A stretch of 64,000 nucleotides of DNA from Deferrisomatales bacterium (GCA_033551855.1 JAWSUI010000004.1:2673-66672); one strand, 5' to 3'. Numbered from the stretch's first letter, positions 42,156-52,605 are shown. Notes: generated by a model not told the origin, from the sequence alone. Numbers and translations are program-made.

Positions 42156-42460
42156 TCCCCAGCATTTCTTCCAGTTCGCCGCACCACTACCCCCTCCTGG
42201 TGGATCTCTACTACCGGGCCGAGGGGGTGAACGACGCAGAGCTCTCGGCGCTGGTGGAGCGCCACCGGTCCGAGCGCCACCCCGCGCCCCACTACGTGGC
42301 CGACCGCCTCCTCAAGCTCGGTATCCTCGAGGCCGTGCCCGACGCCACCGCGGTCTGCGAAGTGGTCCGGCCGGTGCGCAGCCTTCTGGGCTTCCTCCCG
42401 GCGGAGCACCGGCTCACCTCTGCGCCCGTCCTCCAGGCCTACCTGACCGAGCTCGACCCG
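42148..42460 (+). pseudogene. frameshifted, truncated N-terminus resembling the first (about 420-aa, non-SMC) subunit of Mks condensin operons
   Basis: ATG 42148 MVDPQHFFQFAA, frame change near 42184, then HYPLLVDLY...LLKLGILEAVP...FLPAEHRLTSAPVLQAYLTELD; similarity recognised from memory of Pseudomonas Mks proteins. Confidence 0.55.
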
Positions 42461-42585
42461 GCTGTGGGCGGCCGCCGGGGCTTGGCCGTGCGCCTCGGAC
42501 CGTCACCTCGCCCGCAGCCGTCTTGCCTCGGCCCTGCGCTCCGATATCCTGGAGGCGGCCCTTTCCCGGCCTCCAGGAGGCGACC

Positions 42586-42899
42586 ATGCCCGAGCTGCCC
42601 CGCCCCTTCCGCCGCTTTCTCTCTCGCTACCCGGCCGTGGAGAAGGCCCACATGGAGCTCTCCCTGGCCGTCAACCGCGAGGGGCCCCTGGACGAGCGGG
42701 CCCGCCGCCTCGTTCGGCTGGGCATCGCCATCGGCCAGCAGAGCCCTGGGGCCGTCAAGTCCCACGTGCGCCGGGCCCTCGAGGAGGGGCTGACCGCCGA
42801 CGAGGTGCGCCACGCCGCCCTCCTCGCCCTGCCCACCTTGGGTTTTCCCCCGATGGTCGCAGCCCTCGAGTGGGTGGAGGCGGTGTTGGAGGAGGGCCC

Positions 42900-42903
<4 letters not shown>
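42586..42903 (+). CDS. carboxymuconolactone decarboxylase (AhpD-like) family protein
   Basis: GPLDERARRLV, AVKSHVRRAL, PTLGFP; AGGAGG RBS. Confidence 0.85.
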
Positions 42904-43443
<540 letters not shown>

Positions 43444-43557
43444 TCGCCTCCGTAGTGGCCGGCGGCGTCGGGTTACCGAATCGGAACGCGGATACGCAGG
43501 GGGGGATGCCGGGGTCGGCCTCCGGTGCCTCGCCGCAGCCCAGGTCCTCCGGAGCCC

Positions 43558-43573
43558 TGGCCCGTGTCTTGCA
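43558..43573 (+). promoter_or_regulatory. putative sigma-54 (-24/-12) promoter
   Basis: TGGCCCG-TGTC-TTGCA matches TGGCACG-N4-TTGCW, about 55 bp upstream of the TPR gene. Confidence 0.6.
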
Positions 43574-43627
43574 CGCGGGGGAGCGAACCGCAGTTCCCCG
43601 GACCCTTGCGCGCTGTGGAGGTGCCCT

Positions 43628-44179
43628 GTGGAGAGAGCCCTGACCGACTTCGACCGCCTCTTCGACTCCCTGGTGGGGGAAGCTCCGTCCGTGGGCGCCC
43701 CGGAGCCGGTACCCGTCCCCGGAGCGCTGGCGGCGATCGGGGACCTGGAGCGCAAGGTAAACCGGGCCGTGGCCCTGTTCCACCGGGGGGACTACGCCCG
43801 GTGCCACGCCCTTCTCCAGGCCTGCGGCGACGACGTCCTCCGGGACCCGAGGGGCCAAGCCTTCCAGGCGGCAAGCCGGGCGATGGTCAACGGCCGGTTC
43901 CGCGAGGGGGTGGACGCCTGCGTCCAGGCGATCCGCGGGGCGTTCTACATCCCGGATCTGTACTGTGCCCTGGGGGTGCTCCTGCTCCGGGCGGGGGAGC
44001 GGGCCAAGGCCCACGCTGCCTTTCAACGGGGTCTGCGCCTGGACCCGCGGCACCCGGGGCTCCGGGCGCGGGTTCGGGACATGGGGGAACGGCGTGCCCC
44101 CGTGCTGGTCTTCCTCGCCCGATCCCATCCCGCCAACCGCTTCCTGGGAAGGCTGCGGACAATCCTCCGGTCCCGCTAG
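43628..44179 (+). CDS. tetratricopeptide repeat protein
   Basis: TPR-like 'LYCALG...AFQRGLRLDPRH'; C-terminal 'FLARSHPANRFLGRLR'. Confidence 0.72.
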   Translation: MERALTDFDRLFDSLVGEAPSVGAPEPVPVPGALAAIGDLERKVNRAVALFHRGDYARCHALLQACGDDVLRDPRGQAFQAASRAMVNGRFREGVDACVQAIRGAFYIPDLYCALGVLLLRAGERAKAHAAFQRGLRLDPRHPGLRARVRDMGERRAPVLVFLARSHPANRFLGRLRTILRSR

Positions 44180-44346
44180 AAGTACAGCGAGAGTTGTGAC
44201 AGAGTCGGGCGCGGGGCCGTCCTGGAGCGCGGGCAGGCGGCGCTGGAACGATGCTCTGGGCGCACCGGAGGGGCGTAGGGCCGCTGGAAACGGCCTCGAG
44301 AACTGCACTTCGCGTCGGGATCCTGCCCGCCGGAGGGAAGGTTTCG

Positions 44347-44555
44347 GGTTCTTCCGGTAAACGACCGGGTGGGCCCGCCCACTCCGGCAGACGAGGCCGG
44401 GCTGCACGGTAGGTGTTCTCCCCCGCCGCGTCCGGAATCCTCGCGACATCGCGACTCCCGAAGCGGCTGCTCACGTCGAGCGGCCGTCCGCCTACGTGGT
44501 CGGGCCCACCCGATCGTCCCTGGACACCAGTACCCGGTCATTTCCCGGATGATCC
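44347..44555. mobile_element. MITE-like element (family B, 209 bp), copy 2
   Basis: TIRs GGTTCTTCCGGTAAACGACCGGG / GGATCATCCGGGAAATGACCGGG (rc). Confidence 0.7.
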
Positions 44556-44839
44556 AGGTTTCGCGCCGAATCCACGCGGAGAACCGATCCCTCGTTGTAG
44601 AAGTGGGAACCTGTGAAACGGTCTGCTGCGCGACCGGTCCGCGTCGTTGCACACGCGCGCACTCCTCGCCTGTCTACCGGAGATGTCACGTCGTTCGTTC
44701 TTGCGCGCCTCGCGTTCCGGCGGAACACCCAGGGGGGAGGGAGCCCGCGCCCCCCTGGCGTGAGGCAGGCGCCTCTGGTAGGGTGGCGCGGCCTCCCCCC
44801 GTTCAGCACCCGGCCGCGTGCCGTCCCACCGGAGCCTCC

Positions 44840-45829
44840 ATGTGCGCGAAGACCTCCCAGGTTCCCACCACCCCCGGGGGCGGGGCCGGAACGACCGCGG
44901 GAACGGGGGTCCCCTCCTTCCCGGATTTCTGCGAGGTTTCCCTGGAGCTCCGGGACGAGGTGGCGGGGGTCCTGGGAGGCCTCCGCCCCGAGATTGCCGA
45001 GCTCACCTTCGCCAGTCTCTTCCTCTTTCGGAAGGCCCACGCCTACCGGTTGAGCCGCTGGGGCTCGCTCCTGCTCGTGATGGCGCGGTCATACGGCGGC
45101 GAGCCCTATGCCTTTCCTCCGCTGGGAGCGGGAGGGGCGGCGGAGGTCGAGGATGCCTCCCGTGGTCTGTGTGAGCACCTGCGCGGGCTGGGTGGGGCGC
45201 CGGTCCTCTTTCCGGTGCCCGAGGCCTGGGTGTTCCACCGCTACGGTGCCGGGTGGAGCGTCCAGGCGGACCGCGACCAGGCCGACTACGTGTATTCCCG
45301 TGAGGAGCTGGCCCAACTTCCGGGGAAGAAGTTCCACAAGCGGCGCAACCGGTTGGCGAAGCTCCTGCGGGAGGAGGCCTCGGGCTACGAGTACCGGCAA
45401 CTCGGCCCGGAGCACGTGGACGGGTGCCTGGAGCTGGCTCAAGGCTGGTGCACGATCCGGTGCTCGACGGAGAAGCCGTCCACCTTCCTGGAGACGTCCG
45501 CCGCCACGGATGCCCTGGCCCACAGGGAGCGGCTGGGGTTGCGGGGCGGCGTGATCCTCCTGGGAGGAAGGGTCGCGGCCTTTTGCCTGGGCGAGGAGCT
45601 CAACCCCGAGACCTTCGTCGTACACTTCGAGAAGGCCGAGCCTTCGCGGGACGGACTCGCCCAGCTCATCAACCGGGACTTCTGCCTCCACTCTCTGCAG
45701 GGGTATCGCTGGGTCAACCGGGAGCAGGATCTCGGGGACCCGGGGCTCCGGCAGGCGAAGGAGAGTTATCATCCCGCCTTCCTGGCGGCCAAGTATCGTG
45801 TCTCCCCCCAGTGGGAGGGGCACCCGTGA
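44840..45829 (+). CDS. DUF2156 (lysyl-PG synthase C-terminal-like, GNAT fold) protein
   Basis: DRDQADYVY, GKKFHKRRN, VVHFEKA, VNREQDLGDPGLRQAKESYHP; start uncertain. Confidence 0.85.
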   Translation: MCAKTSQVPTTPGGGAGTTAGTGVPSFPDFCEVSLELRDEVAGVLGGLRPEIAELTFASLFLFRKAHAYRLSRWGSLLLVMARSYGGEPYAFPPLGAGGAAEVEDASRGLCEHLRGLGGAPVLFPVPEAWVFHRYGAGWSVQADRDQADYVYSREELAQLPGKKFHKRRNRLAKLLREEASGYEYRQLGPEHVDGCLELAQGWCTIRCSTEKPSTFLETSAATDALAHRERLGLRGGVILLGGRVAAFCLGEELNPETFVVHFEKAEPSRDGLAQLINRDFCLHSLQGYRWVNREQDLGDPGLRQAKESYHPAFLAAKYRVSPQWEGHP

Positions 45830-46476
45830 GGGGGCGCGGAGAGCTGCTCGAGGCGGTCGGCGCAGCCCGAGCCCTCTTTGACGCCCTGCCTCTGGGGGCG
45901 TTTCTGGTGGACCGCGACCGGGTAGTCCAGGCGGTGAACGCGCGGGGGCGGCAGTTCCTGGGGTCCGAGGTGGAGGACGCCATGGGACTTCGGCCCGGAG
46001 AGGCCCTGCGCTGCGTCAACAGCCTGCACTGCCCCGAGGGGTGCGGGCATGCTCCCGCGTGCCAGGGTTGCGTCCTGCGGGAGTGCGCGGAGCAAGCCCT
46101 GGCGGGCGCCACGGCAGAGCAGCGGGAGGTTCGGCTCGTGACGCGGGGAACGAACCCTGCGGATCGGGCCTTGCTCGTCTCGGCGGCACCCATCTCGTGG
46201 GGCGGCCGGTCTTTTGCCTTGCTGCTCCTCCAGGACGTCAGCGCCCTGCACCGGCTGCGGGGCCTGCTTCCCATCTGCGCCGGCTGCAAGAAGATTCGCC
46301 GGGAGGATCAGGCCTGGGAGGCCGTCGAGGCATTCGTGGAGCGCCATTCCCTGGCGGAGTTCACCCACGGGCTCTGTCCCGAGTGTCTGGAGCGGCTGTA
46401 CCCGGAGTGCGGCGAGGAAAACCCCACCCCGGAAGGCCGTCACGGTTCTGGGGGCTCCTCGAGAACCCCTGACTGA
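45826..46476 (+). CDS. Cys-rich PAS-domain protein with C-terminal CxxC...HxxCxxC domain
   Basis: PAS-like N-terminus with CVNSLHCPEGCGHAPACQGC; LLPICAGCKKIR...FTHGLCPEC. Confidence 0.75.
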   Translation: MRGRGELLEAVGAARALFDALPLGAFLVDRDRVVQAVNARGRQFLGSEVEDAMGLRPGEALRCVNSLHCPEGCGHAPACQGCVLRECAEQALAGATAEQREVRLVTRGTNPADRALLVSAAPISWGGRSFALLLLQDVSALHRLRGLLPICAGCKKIRREDQAWEAVEAFVERHSLAEFTHGLCPECLERLYPECGEENPTPEGRHGSGGSSRTPD

Positions 46477-46485
46477 GGGCACGTC

Positions 46486-47616
46486 ATGGACGTCCTCCTG
46501 ATCGACGACGAGAAGGGAATCCGCGATGCCCTCGCGGCGTTCCTTCACTCCCAGGGCCACGTGGTGCGGGAGGCCACTCGGGGTGAGGAGGGGCTGTGGC
46601 TTCTCGAGACGCGCCCGGCGGACCTCGTCATCACCGATATCCGGATGCCCGGCCTCACCGGCATCGATGTGCTGCGCCAGGTGCGGGAGCGGTGGCCGGG
46701 GGTCGAGGTGGTCCTGGTCACGGGCTTCGGCACCCTGGACGATGCGGTGGAGGCCCTGCGCCTGGGGGCGTACGACTTCCTGATCAAACCCCTGCGGCTG
46801 GCGCACCTCGAGGTCCTGCTCCGGCGGGTCGAGGAGAGACTGCGCTACTCCCGCGACAATCGGGAGTTGCGAGAAGTGGTGGAGAGGCTGAAGGACCTGA
46901 ACGACCGCAAGGAGAAGTTCATCGCCATCGCGAATCACGAGATCCGCACCCCCACGACCGTAGCCGCGGGGCTCGTCTCCCTGTTGGCCGGCAGTGGGAC
47001 GGGTCTCCCGGAAGAGCAGCGCCGCCTCCTGGAAGTGGCTGACCGTGCCCTGCGCCGCCTCAAGGAGATCGTGGAGGACCTGGGGGACCTGGGGTCCGGC
47101 GGCCCCGCCGGGATGAGGGTGCAGCCGGCGCCGTACACCGTGGGGGAGCTGGCACGGGACATCGACGGCCTGTGCGAGATGTACCGGAGCCTCCGGGAGC
47201 TGGCTGTCGGCTCTACGTGCCGGTGCCCGGAGGCCGAGTCCGTCTGGGTAGATGGCCGGAAGCTCCTCCGGGCCGTCGGTGCGCTGTTGCAGAACGCGGT
47301 GAAGTTCACCCCCGACGGCGGGCGGGTGGCGGTGCAGATCGGCACCGAGACGGGGGCGCTCGTCGTGGAGGTCTCCGACACCGGCGTGGGGGTGCCCGAA
47401 GAGGAGCGGGCCAAGATCTTCGAGCTCTTCTATGCGTCGGAGGACGTGCGTCACCACCGAACCTCGGGCCACGCGTTCGGGGGGGGAGGCCTGGGTATCG
47501 GGTTGCCCCTGGCCCGGGCGATCGCCCGGGCCCACGGGGGGGAGATCGGCTACGCGCCCCGTCCGGGGGGTGGGAGCCTCTTCTCCATCCGGGTTCCGGC
47601 GGTCGCACCGGCGTAG
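46486..47616 (+). CDS. hybrid response regulator / histidine kinase
   Basis: REC domain, NHEIRTP, NAVKFTPDGG, GLGIGL. Confidence 0.87.
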   Translation: MDVLLIDDEKGIRDALAAFLHSQGHVVREATRGEEGLWLLETRPADLVITDIRMPGLTGIDVLRQVRERWPGVEVVLVTGFGTLDDAVEALRLGAYDFLIKPLRLAHLEVLLRRVEERLRYSRDNRELREVVERLKDLNDRKEKFIAIANHEIRTPTTVAAGLVSLLAGSGTGLPEEQRRLLEVADRALRRLKEIVEDLGDLGSGGPAGMRVQPAPYTVGELARDIDGLCEMYRSLRELAVGSTCRCPEAESVWVDGRKLLRAVGALLQNAVKFTPDGGRVAVQIGTETGALVVEVSDTGVGVPEEERAKIFELFYASEDVRHHRTSGHAFGGGGLGIGLPLARAIARAHGGEIGYAPRPGGGSLFSIRVPAVAPA

Positions 47617-47633
47617 GGGCCCGGGTCCGCGAC

Positions 47634-47740
47634 GCGGCGGGCTTCACCCGGTCGAGCCGGAGGCGGCGGGCCGGTCGATGCGCTAGCGGTCTGCTCCGGG
47701 GCCCCGGACCCCGCCCCAGGGTGTGGCGGTGGAATCTGGA
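47634..47740. repeat. degenerate right half of a family C element
   Basis: cgggcttcacccg ... ggcggtggaatctgg matches 37897-38004. Confidence 0.55.
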
Positions 47741-47749
47741 CCGGCTCCG

Positions 47750-48478
47750 TCAGCGCCCCCCGATGCGCTCTTCCAGTTTCCCCACGAGCTCGGCCATGGC
47801 CGCCGCGGACCTCGCGAGGAGCTCTTCACCCTTCTCCCGGGTCGCCTTTCCCGGGTTTCCCCACACTCCCCCCGGCCAGTGGGGCCGCTTGTGCCGGGTG
47901 ACGAAGGGGCGCGGGAACGAGGGGTATTCCTCCGGGCTCGTCCCCTTTACCAAGGTCGGGTCCAGGGCGAGGATCCGGCTGGTCTCGATCTCGCCCGCGT
48001 GGCCGTCGTCCGCGGTCTCCACGATGCCCTGCCGGCCGCTGGCCTGGGCCCAGTGGTACTCGCAGACCACCGCCACCTCGAGGTCCGGGAATGCCTCGAC
48101 GAGTCGCTCCCCGGCTTCTTCCAGGGCGGCCATGTGCAGGCCCCCGGCGTGCCCCGAGGCGACCAACAGCCCCCGCAGCCCCTGGCGGTGCAGACTCGCA
48201 CCGATGTCGAACACGAGGCAGCGCACCGTCTCGGGGGAGATCGACAGCGTGCCGGGGTGGTCGCGGGTGCTGCGGCAGTAGCCATAGTGCAACGGGGGGC
48301 AGAGGAAGGCAGGCGCGAGCTCCGCAGCCCGGCGGGCTACCTCCCACACCTGGTAGGTGTCGGTCCCGAGGGGGAGATGAAGGCCGTGCTCCTCCACGCT
48401 CCCCACGGGCAGGATCGCCGTGCGGGTGCAGGCGAGGCCCGCCTCGAATTCGGCCATGGTCAGGTCGGCGACGATCAC
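47750..48478 (-). CDS. creatininase family amidohydrolase
   Basis: GSVEEHGLHLPLGTD, SGHAG, HAGEIETS. Confidence 0.9.
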   Translation of the reverse strand: MIVADLTMAEFEAGLACTRTAILPVGSVEEHGLHLPLGTDTYQVWEVARRAAELAPAFLCPPLHYGYCRSTRDHPGTLSISPETVRCLVFDIGASLHRQGLRGLLVASGHAGGLHMAALEEAGERLVEAFPDLEVAVVCEYHWAQASGRQGIVETADDGHAGEIETSRILALDPTLVKGTSPEEYPSFPRPFVTRHKRPHWPGGVWGNPGKATREKGEELLARSAAAMAELVGKLEERIGGR

Positions 48479-48565
48479 GGTTCCTCCGGGGTCTCGGGGC
48501 CGCCCGTCCGGTAGGCGGCGCAGGGGGTGTCTCTGCAGTCGGGCCCTCTTCGGCGTGGCCCGTGC

Positions 48566-50746
48566 TCAGGGTCCGATGTCTCCGCGCCCTTCCCGGCGGA
48601 TCGCCGCCGCGATTCCGGCGGCCCGCTCCCGACCGGGCCATGCCTCGAGCGGTACCGCGACGCGCCGGCGCCAGTTGGGGTGCTCGTCGAGGGTTCCGGG
48701 GAGGTTCTGCATCTCCCGCTCGCCGAGGAGGTCGTCCAGGTTCGCCACGAACAGGGCCGAGGGTGCGCGCGCCAGGTAGGCGTGCACGGCCGCGGCCAGG
48801 TCGTCGAGGCGGGTCTCGGGCACCTCGTGGGCGGGCTCGAGACCCGGGGGAAGCAGGTCCTCCTCCCGCAGGGCCTCCAGGAGACGGAGGCGGTCCCACC
48901 GCCGGGCCTCTGCGTCGCCCGCCTGGGCCTCGGGGGAGGGGTACTGCCCCAGGGTGGATTTGACCTCCAGGTCCCGCCCCAGCCAGAAGCCGTCCACCGT
49001 CGGCAGGTCGTGGGTGGCCACCGAGACGAGTGCCTGGCGCGGGTATTCCGCCGGCTGGCGGAACCGGCCGTCCCCGTGCTTCTCGAAGACGAGGAGTCGA
49101 TACCCGTAGAAGCCCGACGTCTCGAGGACCTGCCGCACCTCGGGGGGCACGGTCCCCAGGTCCTCCCCCACCACGAGGCACCGGTGGTCGTTCCCCAGGC
49201 ACCGCAGCACCGCCAGGAGCTCGTCGGCCCGGTCGGTGACGTAGGCTCCCCGGCTGGCCGGCAGCCCGCCGGGGATCCAGAACAGCCGCCACAGGGCCAG
49301 CACGTGGTCGATGCGCAGCGCCTCCCCCCGCCTGGCGTTGTGGGCGAGGGTGTCGCGGAAGAAGGCCCACCCCGTCCGCCTGTGCCGCTCCGGGACCGCG
49401 GGGGGGACTCCCCAGCTTTGCCCCAGCAGGCTGAAGGGGTCGGGAGGGGCCCCGGCCGAAGCCCCGAGGGCCAGTACGTCCTGGTAGACCCAGGCGTCCG
49501 CGCCGCAGGGGTCCACCCCCAGGGCAAGGTCCAGGTACAGCCCCAGGGCCATCCCGAGCTCCTGCGCTCGGGCCCGGCACCGGGCGAGCTGTGTCTCGGC
49601 GACCCACTGGAGCCAGGCGTGGAATCCCACCGCCTCCTGGGCTTCGCCGGCGAAGGCGCGCACCGCCGGGGAGCCGGGCCGGCGGAACCCCTCGGGCCAC
49701 TCGGTCCACGGAAGGGTCGTCCCCTTCGGGGTGGCCAAGTGCTCCCGGAGGGCGCAGAACACGGCGAAGTCTTCGAGCGCCCGGCCCTGGGCAGCCCGCC
49801 AGGCGGCGAAGGCGGCTCTGCGACCCACCGCTTCCCCCTCCTGGAACTCGCGGTAGCACACCTCCAGGGCGCGGCGCTTGAGGAGCCAAGCGCCGCGATG
49901 GTCCACCAGCGGGGAGGCGCGGAGCCGGGCGAGCTCCGCTTGGACCCCGTCCGACTCCAGGAGCTCCTGCACGGGGGGAAGCCGGGCCTCGGGCAGGCAG
50001 TCCACGGCGACGTGGAGGGGGTTGAGCCACAGGCGGCTGGAGGGGTAGTACGGGCTCACCCCGTGCGGCGGTTCGTTGAAGAGGGCGTGGAGCGGCAGCA
50101 GCCCCACGAGGTCGGCCCCGAGACCGGCTGCCCACTCGACGGCGCGGGCCAGGTCCTCGAAGTCGCCGACCCCCCAGTTCCTCGCCGAGCGCACTCCGTA
50201 GAGGGGAAGGCTCACCCCCCAGAGGCGTCCTCCCCGTGCCAGGGCGGGGGGCTCGTAGCCCCTGGCCGGGGCCACCACGCACAGCAGCCGCGCGGTCTCC
50301 CGGGCGCACGGGCTCGCCAGGTCGAGCTCCAGGTCGTGGAGGCCGGCCGGCAGGGGTGATGCGGGTTCCAGGAGCAGGGTGAGCCGGCCCGGCCACCCGG
50401 GAGCCGGCTCGGTCCCCGTGCGCCGGAGCGGGACGACGCGGCCCCCGAGGCGAGCGGACGCCTGCCAGCTCTCCTCCCCGGACGGCACGGTCACCCGGAG
50501 CACCTGGGGCGCCTCCTCCCGCAACACGGCCACCGGTTCCGCCGCACACCGGGATGGGGCCGTCTCCCGCAGGGCCAGCTCGCCCTCCAGGGCCTCGGCG
50601 CCCGCAACGTCGAGACCCATGGCGCGAAGCACCGCCCGCAGGGTGTCGGGGTCGGCCCGGTGGTACCGGCCCCAGATGTCGTGGTAGCCCGGAAGGACTC
50701 CACAGACCTCGGCCAGACGGACGAGGAGGGCCTCCTCCCGGTCCAT
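48566..50746 (-). CDS. malQ: 4-alpha-glucanotransferase (amylomaltase)
   Basis: NWGVGDF, SPYYPSSR, YLDLALG, RIDHVL, GEDLGTV, THDLPT, NLPGT. Confidence 0.93.
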   Translation of the reverse strand: MDREEALLVRLAEVCGVLPGYHDIWGRYHRADPDTLRAVLRAMGLDVAGAEALEGELALRETAPSRCAAEPVAVLREEAPQVLRVTVPSGEESWQASARLGGRVVPLRRTGTEPAPGWPGRLTLLLEPASPLPAGLHDLELDLASPCARETARLLCVVAPARGYEPPALARGGRLWGVSLPLYGVRSARNWGVGDFEDLARAVEWAAGLGADLVGLLPLHALFNEPPHGVSPYYPSSRLWLNPLHVAVDCLPEARLPPVQELLESDGVQAELARLRASPLVDHRGAWLLKRRALEVCYREFQEGEAVGRRAAFAAWRAAQGRALEDFAVFCALREHLATPKGTTLPWTEWPEGFRRPGSPAVRAFAGEAQEAVGFHAWLQWVAETQLARCRARAQELGMALGLYLDLALGVDPCGADAWVYQDVLALGASAGAPPDPFSLLGQSWGVPPAVPERHRRTGWAFFRDTLAHNARRGEALRIDHVLALWRLFWIPGGLPASRGAYVTDRADELLAVLRCLGNDHRCLVVGEDLGTVPPEVRQVLETSGFYGYRLLVFEKHGDGRFRQPAEYPRQALVSVATHDLPTVDGFWLGRDLEVKSTLGQYPSPEAQAGDAEARRWDRLRLLEALREEDLLPPGLEPAHEVPETRLDDLAAAVHAYLARAPSALFVANLDDLLGEREMQNLPGTLDEHPNWRRRVAVPLEAWPGRERAAGIAAAIRREGRGDIGP

Positions 50747-51177
50747 CACGCTGCGAAGACCAGCTTCATGCCGAAGGCGCGACACCCGTCGAGCTCGGCG
50801 TCCTGCACCCCCTGGCGGGCCCGGAGGGGCTCGGCCACCATTCGCATCCCGCACTCCCTCTCCAGACGGAGGGCCACGATGTGGGGCCCCTCCCCGCTCC
50901 AGCCGTAGGACCCGAAGGCCGCCGCGAGCTTGCCCCGGACGCCGCTGGCAGCGAGCCGCTCGAGAAACGACGTGATCTCGGGCACCTCTTTGGCTTCCTG
51001 GGTCGGGGTCCCCACGGCCAGCGCGTCGTAGGAGTCGAGCACGGACGGGTCGGGGAGGTCCTCCGCCCGGAAGAGGTCCGCCTCTCCGCCCATGGCGCGC
51101 ACGCCCTCGCCGATGGTCCGGGCCATCCTTTCCGTCTCCCCCGTCCGGGTGCTGTACACCACCGCCACCTTTCTCAT
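50746..51177 (-). CDS. flavodoxin-domain protein
   Basis: VVYSTRTGETERMA, GTPT, FGSYGWSGE. Confidence 0.85.
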   Translation of the reverse strand: MRKVAVVYSTRTGETERMARTIGEGVRAMGGEADLFRAEDLPDPSVLDSYDALAVGTPTQEAKEVPEITSFLERLAASGVRGKLAAAFGSYGWSGEGPHIVALRLERECGMRMVAEPLRARQGVQDAELDGCRAFGMKLVFAA

Positions 51178-52385
51178 GGTTCCCTCCCTCCGTGCACGCC
51201 CGCCGCCCCACTCCCGCCGAGCCACGCCTGAACCATGAAGGACGCGACGGTGCCTTCCCCGACGGCGGCCGTGATCTGTTTGGCGCTGCCCGCCCGCACG
51301 TCGCCTGCGGCGTACACCCTCGGCAACGAGGTGGCCAGGGTGACCGGGTCCGTGCGGACGAATCCCGTCTCGTCCAGGTCCAGGGCGCCGGCCAGGAAGC
51401 GGCTGTTGGGCACCAGCCCGATAAACACGAACACACCGTCGCACGGGATCTCTCGGTGCTCCCCCGACGAGAGGTCCGTCACCTCCACCGCCTCGACCCC
51501 CTCTTCACCGAGGATCCGGGTCACCCGCTGGGACAGGAGGACCTCCACCGGGTCCAGGCCTCCGACCCGCTCCTGGAGGACGGCGCTGGCCGTGAGGCGG
51601 TCCAGGACCTGCACCAGGGTGATGCGGGCGGCGAACTCGGCGAGGTGAACCGTCTCCTGGAGGGCGGAGTTGCCCCCACCCACGACCACCACGTGCTTTC
51701 CCCGGAAGAAGGGTGCGTCACAGGTGGCGCAGAAGCTGACCCCCCGTCCGATGAGCCGGTCCTCCCCGGGAACCCCGATCCGGCGGTAGACCGAGCCCGT
51801 CGCCACGATGACCCCGCGGGCCCGGTGGGTTACCCCGTTGGACTCCACCTCCAGGAGCCCACCCCCCGGGCGCAGGGCGGAGACCTCCTCGAAGGTGCGC
51901 ACCTCCGCGCCGAAGCGCTGCGCCTGCCGGAGGATGCGTTCGGTGAGCTCGGCCCCGGATACCGGGTCGGGGAAGCCGGGGTAGTTCTCGATCTGCCCGG
52001 TCACGGCGGCCTGCCCCCCGGGCAGCCCCCTCTCGAGCACGAGGGTACGCAGGCGCTCCCGGGCAGTGTAGATGGCGGCCGTGAGGCCGGCCGGCCCCCC
52101 GCCCACGATGATCACGTCGAAGAGGTCCAGGGCCTCCGGAACGGGAACTCCCAGGGCCTCTGCCAGCTCCGCGTCGGAGGGGTCTGACAGGAACCGCCCG
52201 TCCACCTCCACGGCGGGCACGTCCAGGCTGCCCTCCCCGGCGGCGCGCAGGCGCTCGGCTCCCGCAACGTCCTCCTCGGGATCCACCTCCCGATACGCCC
52301 GCCCTGCCGCCTGGAGGAATCGCCGCACCCGGTGACACTTCGGGCACCAGGGCACCACATAGAGGACCGCCGGGTCCTTCCCCAT
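51174..52385 (-). CDS. trxB: thioredoxin reductase with fused N-terminal glutaredoxin (NrdH-like) domain
   Basis: WCPKC glutaredoxin motif, GGGPAG, IENYPGF, CATCD, GGGNSA, AAGDVR. Confidence 0.88.
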   Translation of the reverse strand: MGKDPAVLYVVPWCPKCHRVRRFLQAAGRAYREVDPEEDVAGAERLRAAGEGSLDVPAVEVDGRFLSDPSDAELAEALGVPVPEALDLFDVIIVGGGPAGLTAAIYTARERLRTLVLERGLPGGQAAVTGQIENYPGFPDPVSGAELTERILRQAQRFGAEVRTFEEVSALRPGGGLLEVESNGVTHRARGVIVATGSVYRRIGVPGEDRLIGRGVSFCATCDAPFFRGKHVVVVGGGNSALQETVHLAEFAARITLVQVLDRLTASAVLQERVGGLDPVEVLLSQRVTRILGEEGVEAVEVTDLSSGEHREIPCDGVFVFIGLVPNSRFLAGALDLDETGFVRTDPVTLATSLPRVYAAGDVRAGSAKQITAAVGEGTVASFMVQAWLGGSGAAGVHGGREP

Positions 52386-52605
52386 CGCTTTCCTTCCGGC
52401 TGCGCACGGTCCTCAAGCTACCAGATCGCCGGGCCTGCGAAAACCCCGGTCCCGGGCTTCGAGCGCCCGCACCCGGGGGCGTCCCCAAGACGCGCGCCGA
52501 TGGGGCGGCCGCCGCCGGCGCCCGGGATTTCCTGGGTTGACAGGGAAAGCTCTTGTGGCAACCTCCCCAAAACAGGTCCAAATGGGAGCCGGGAGGTGGG
52601 AGACG

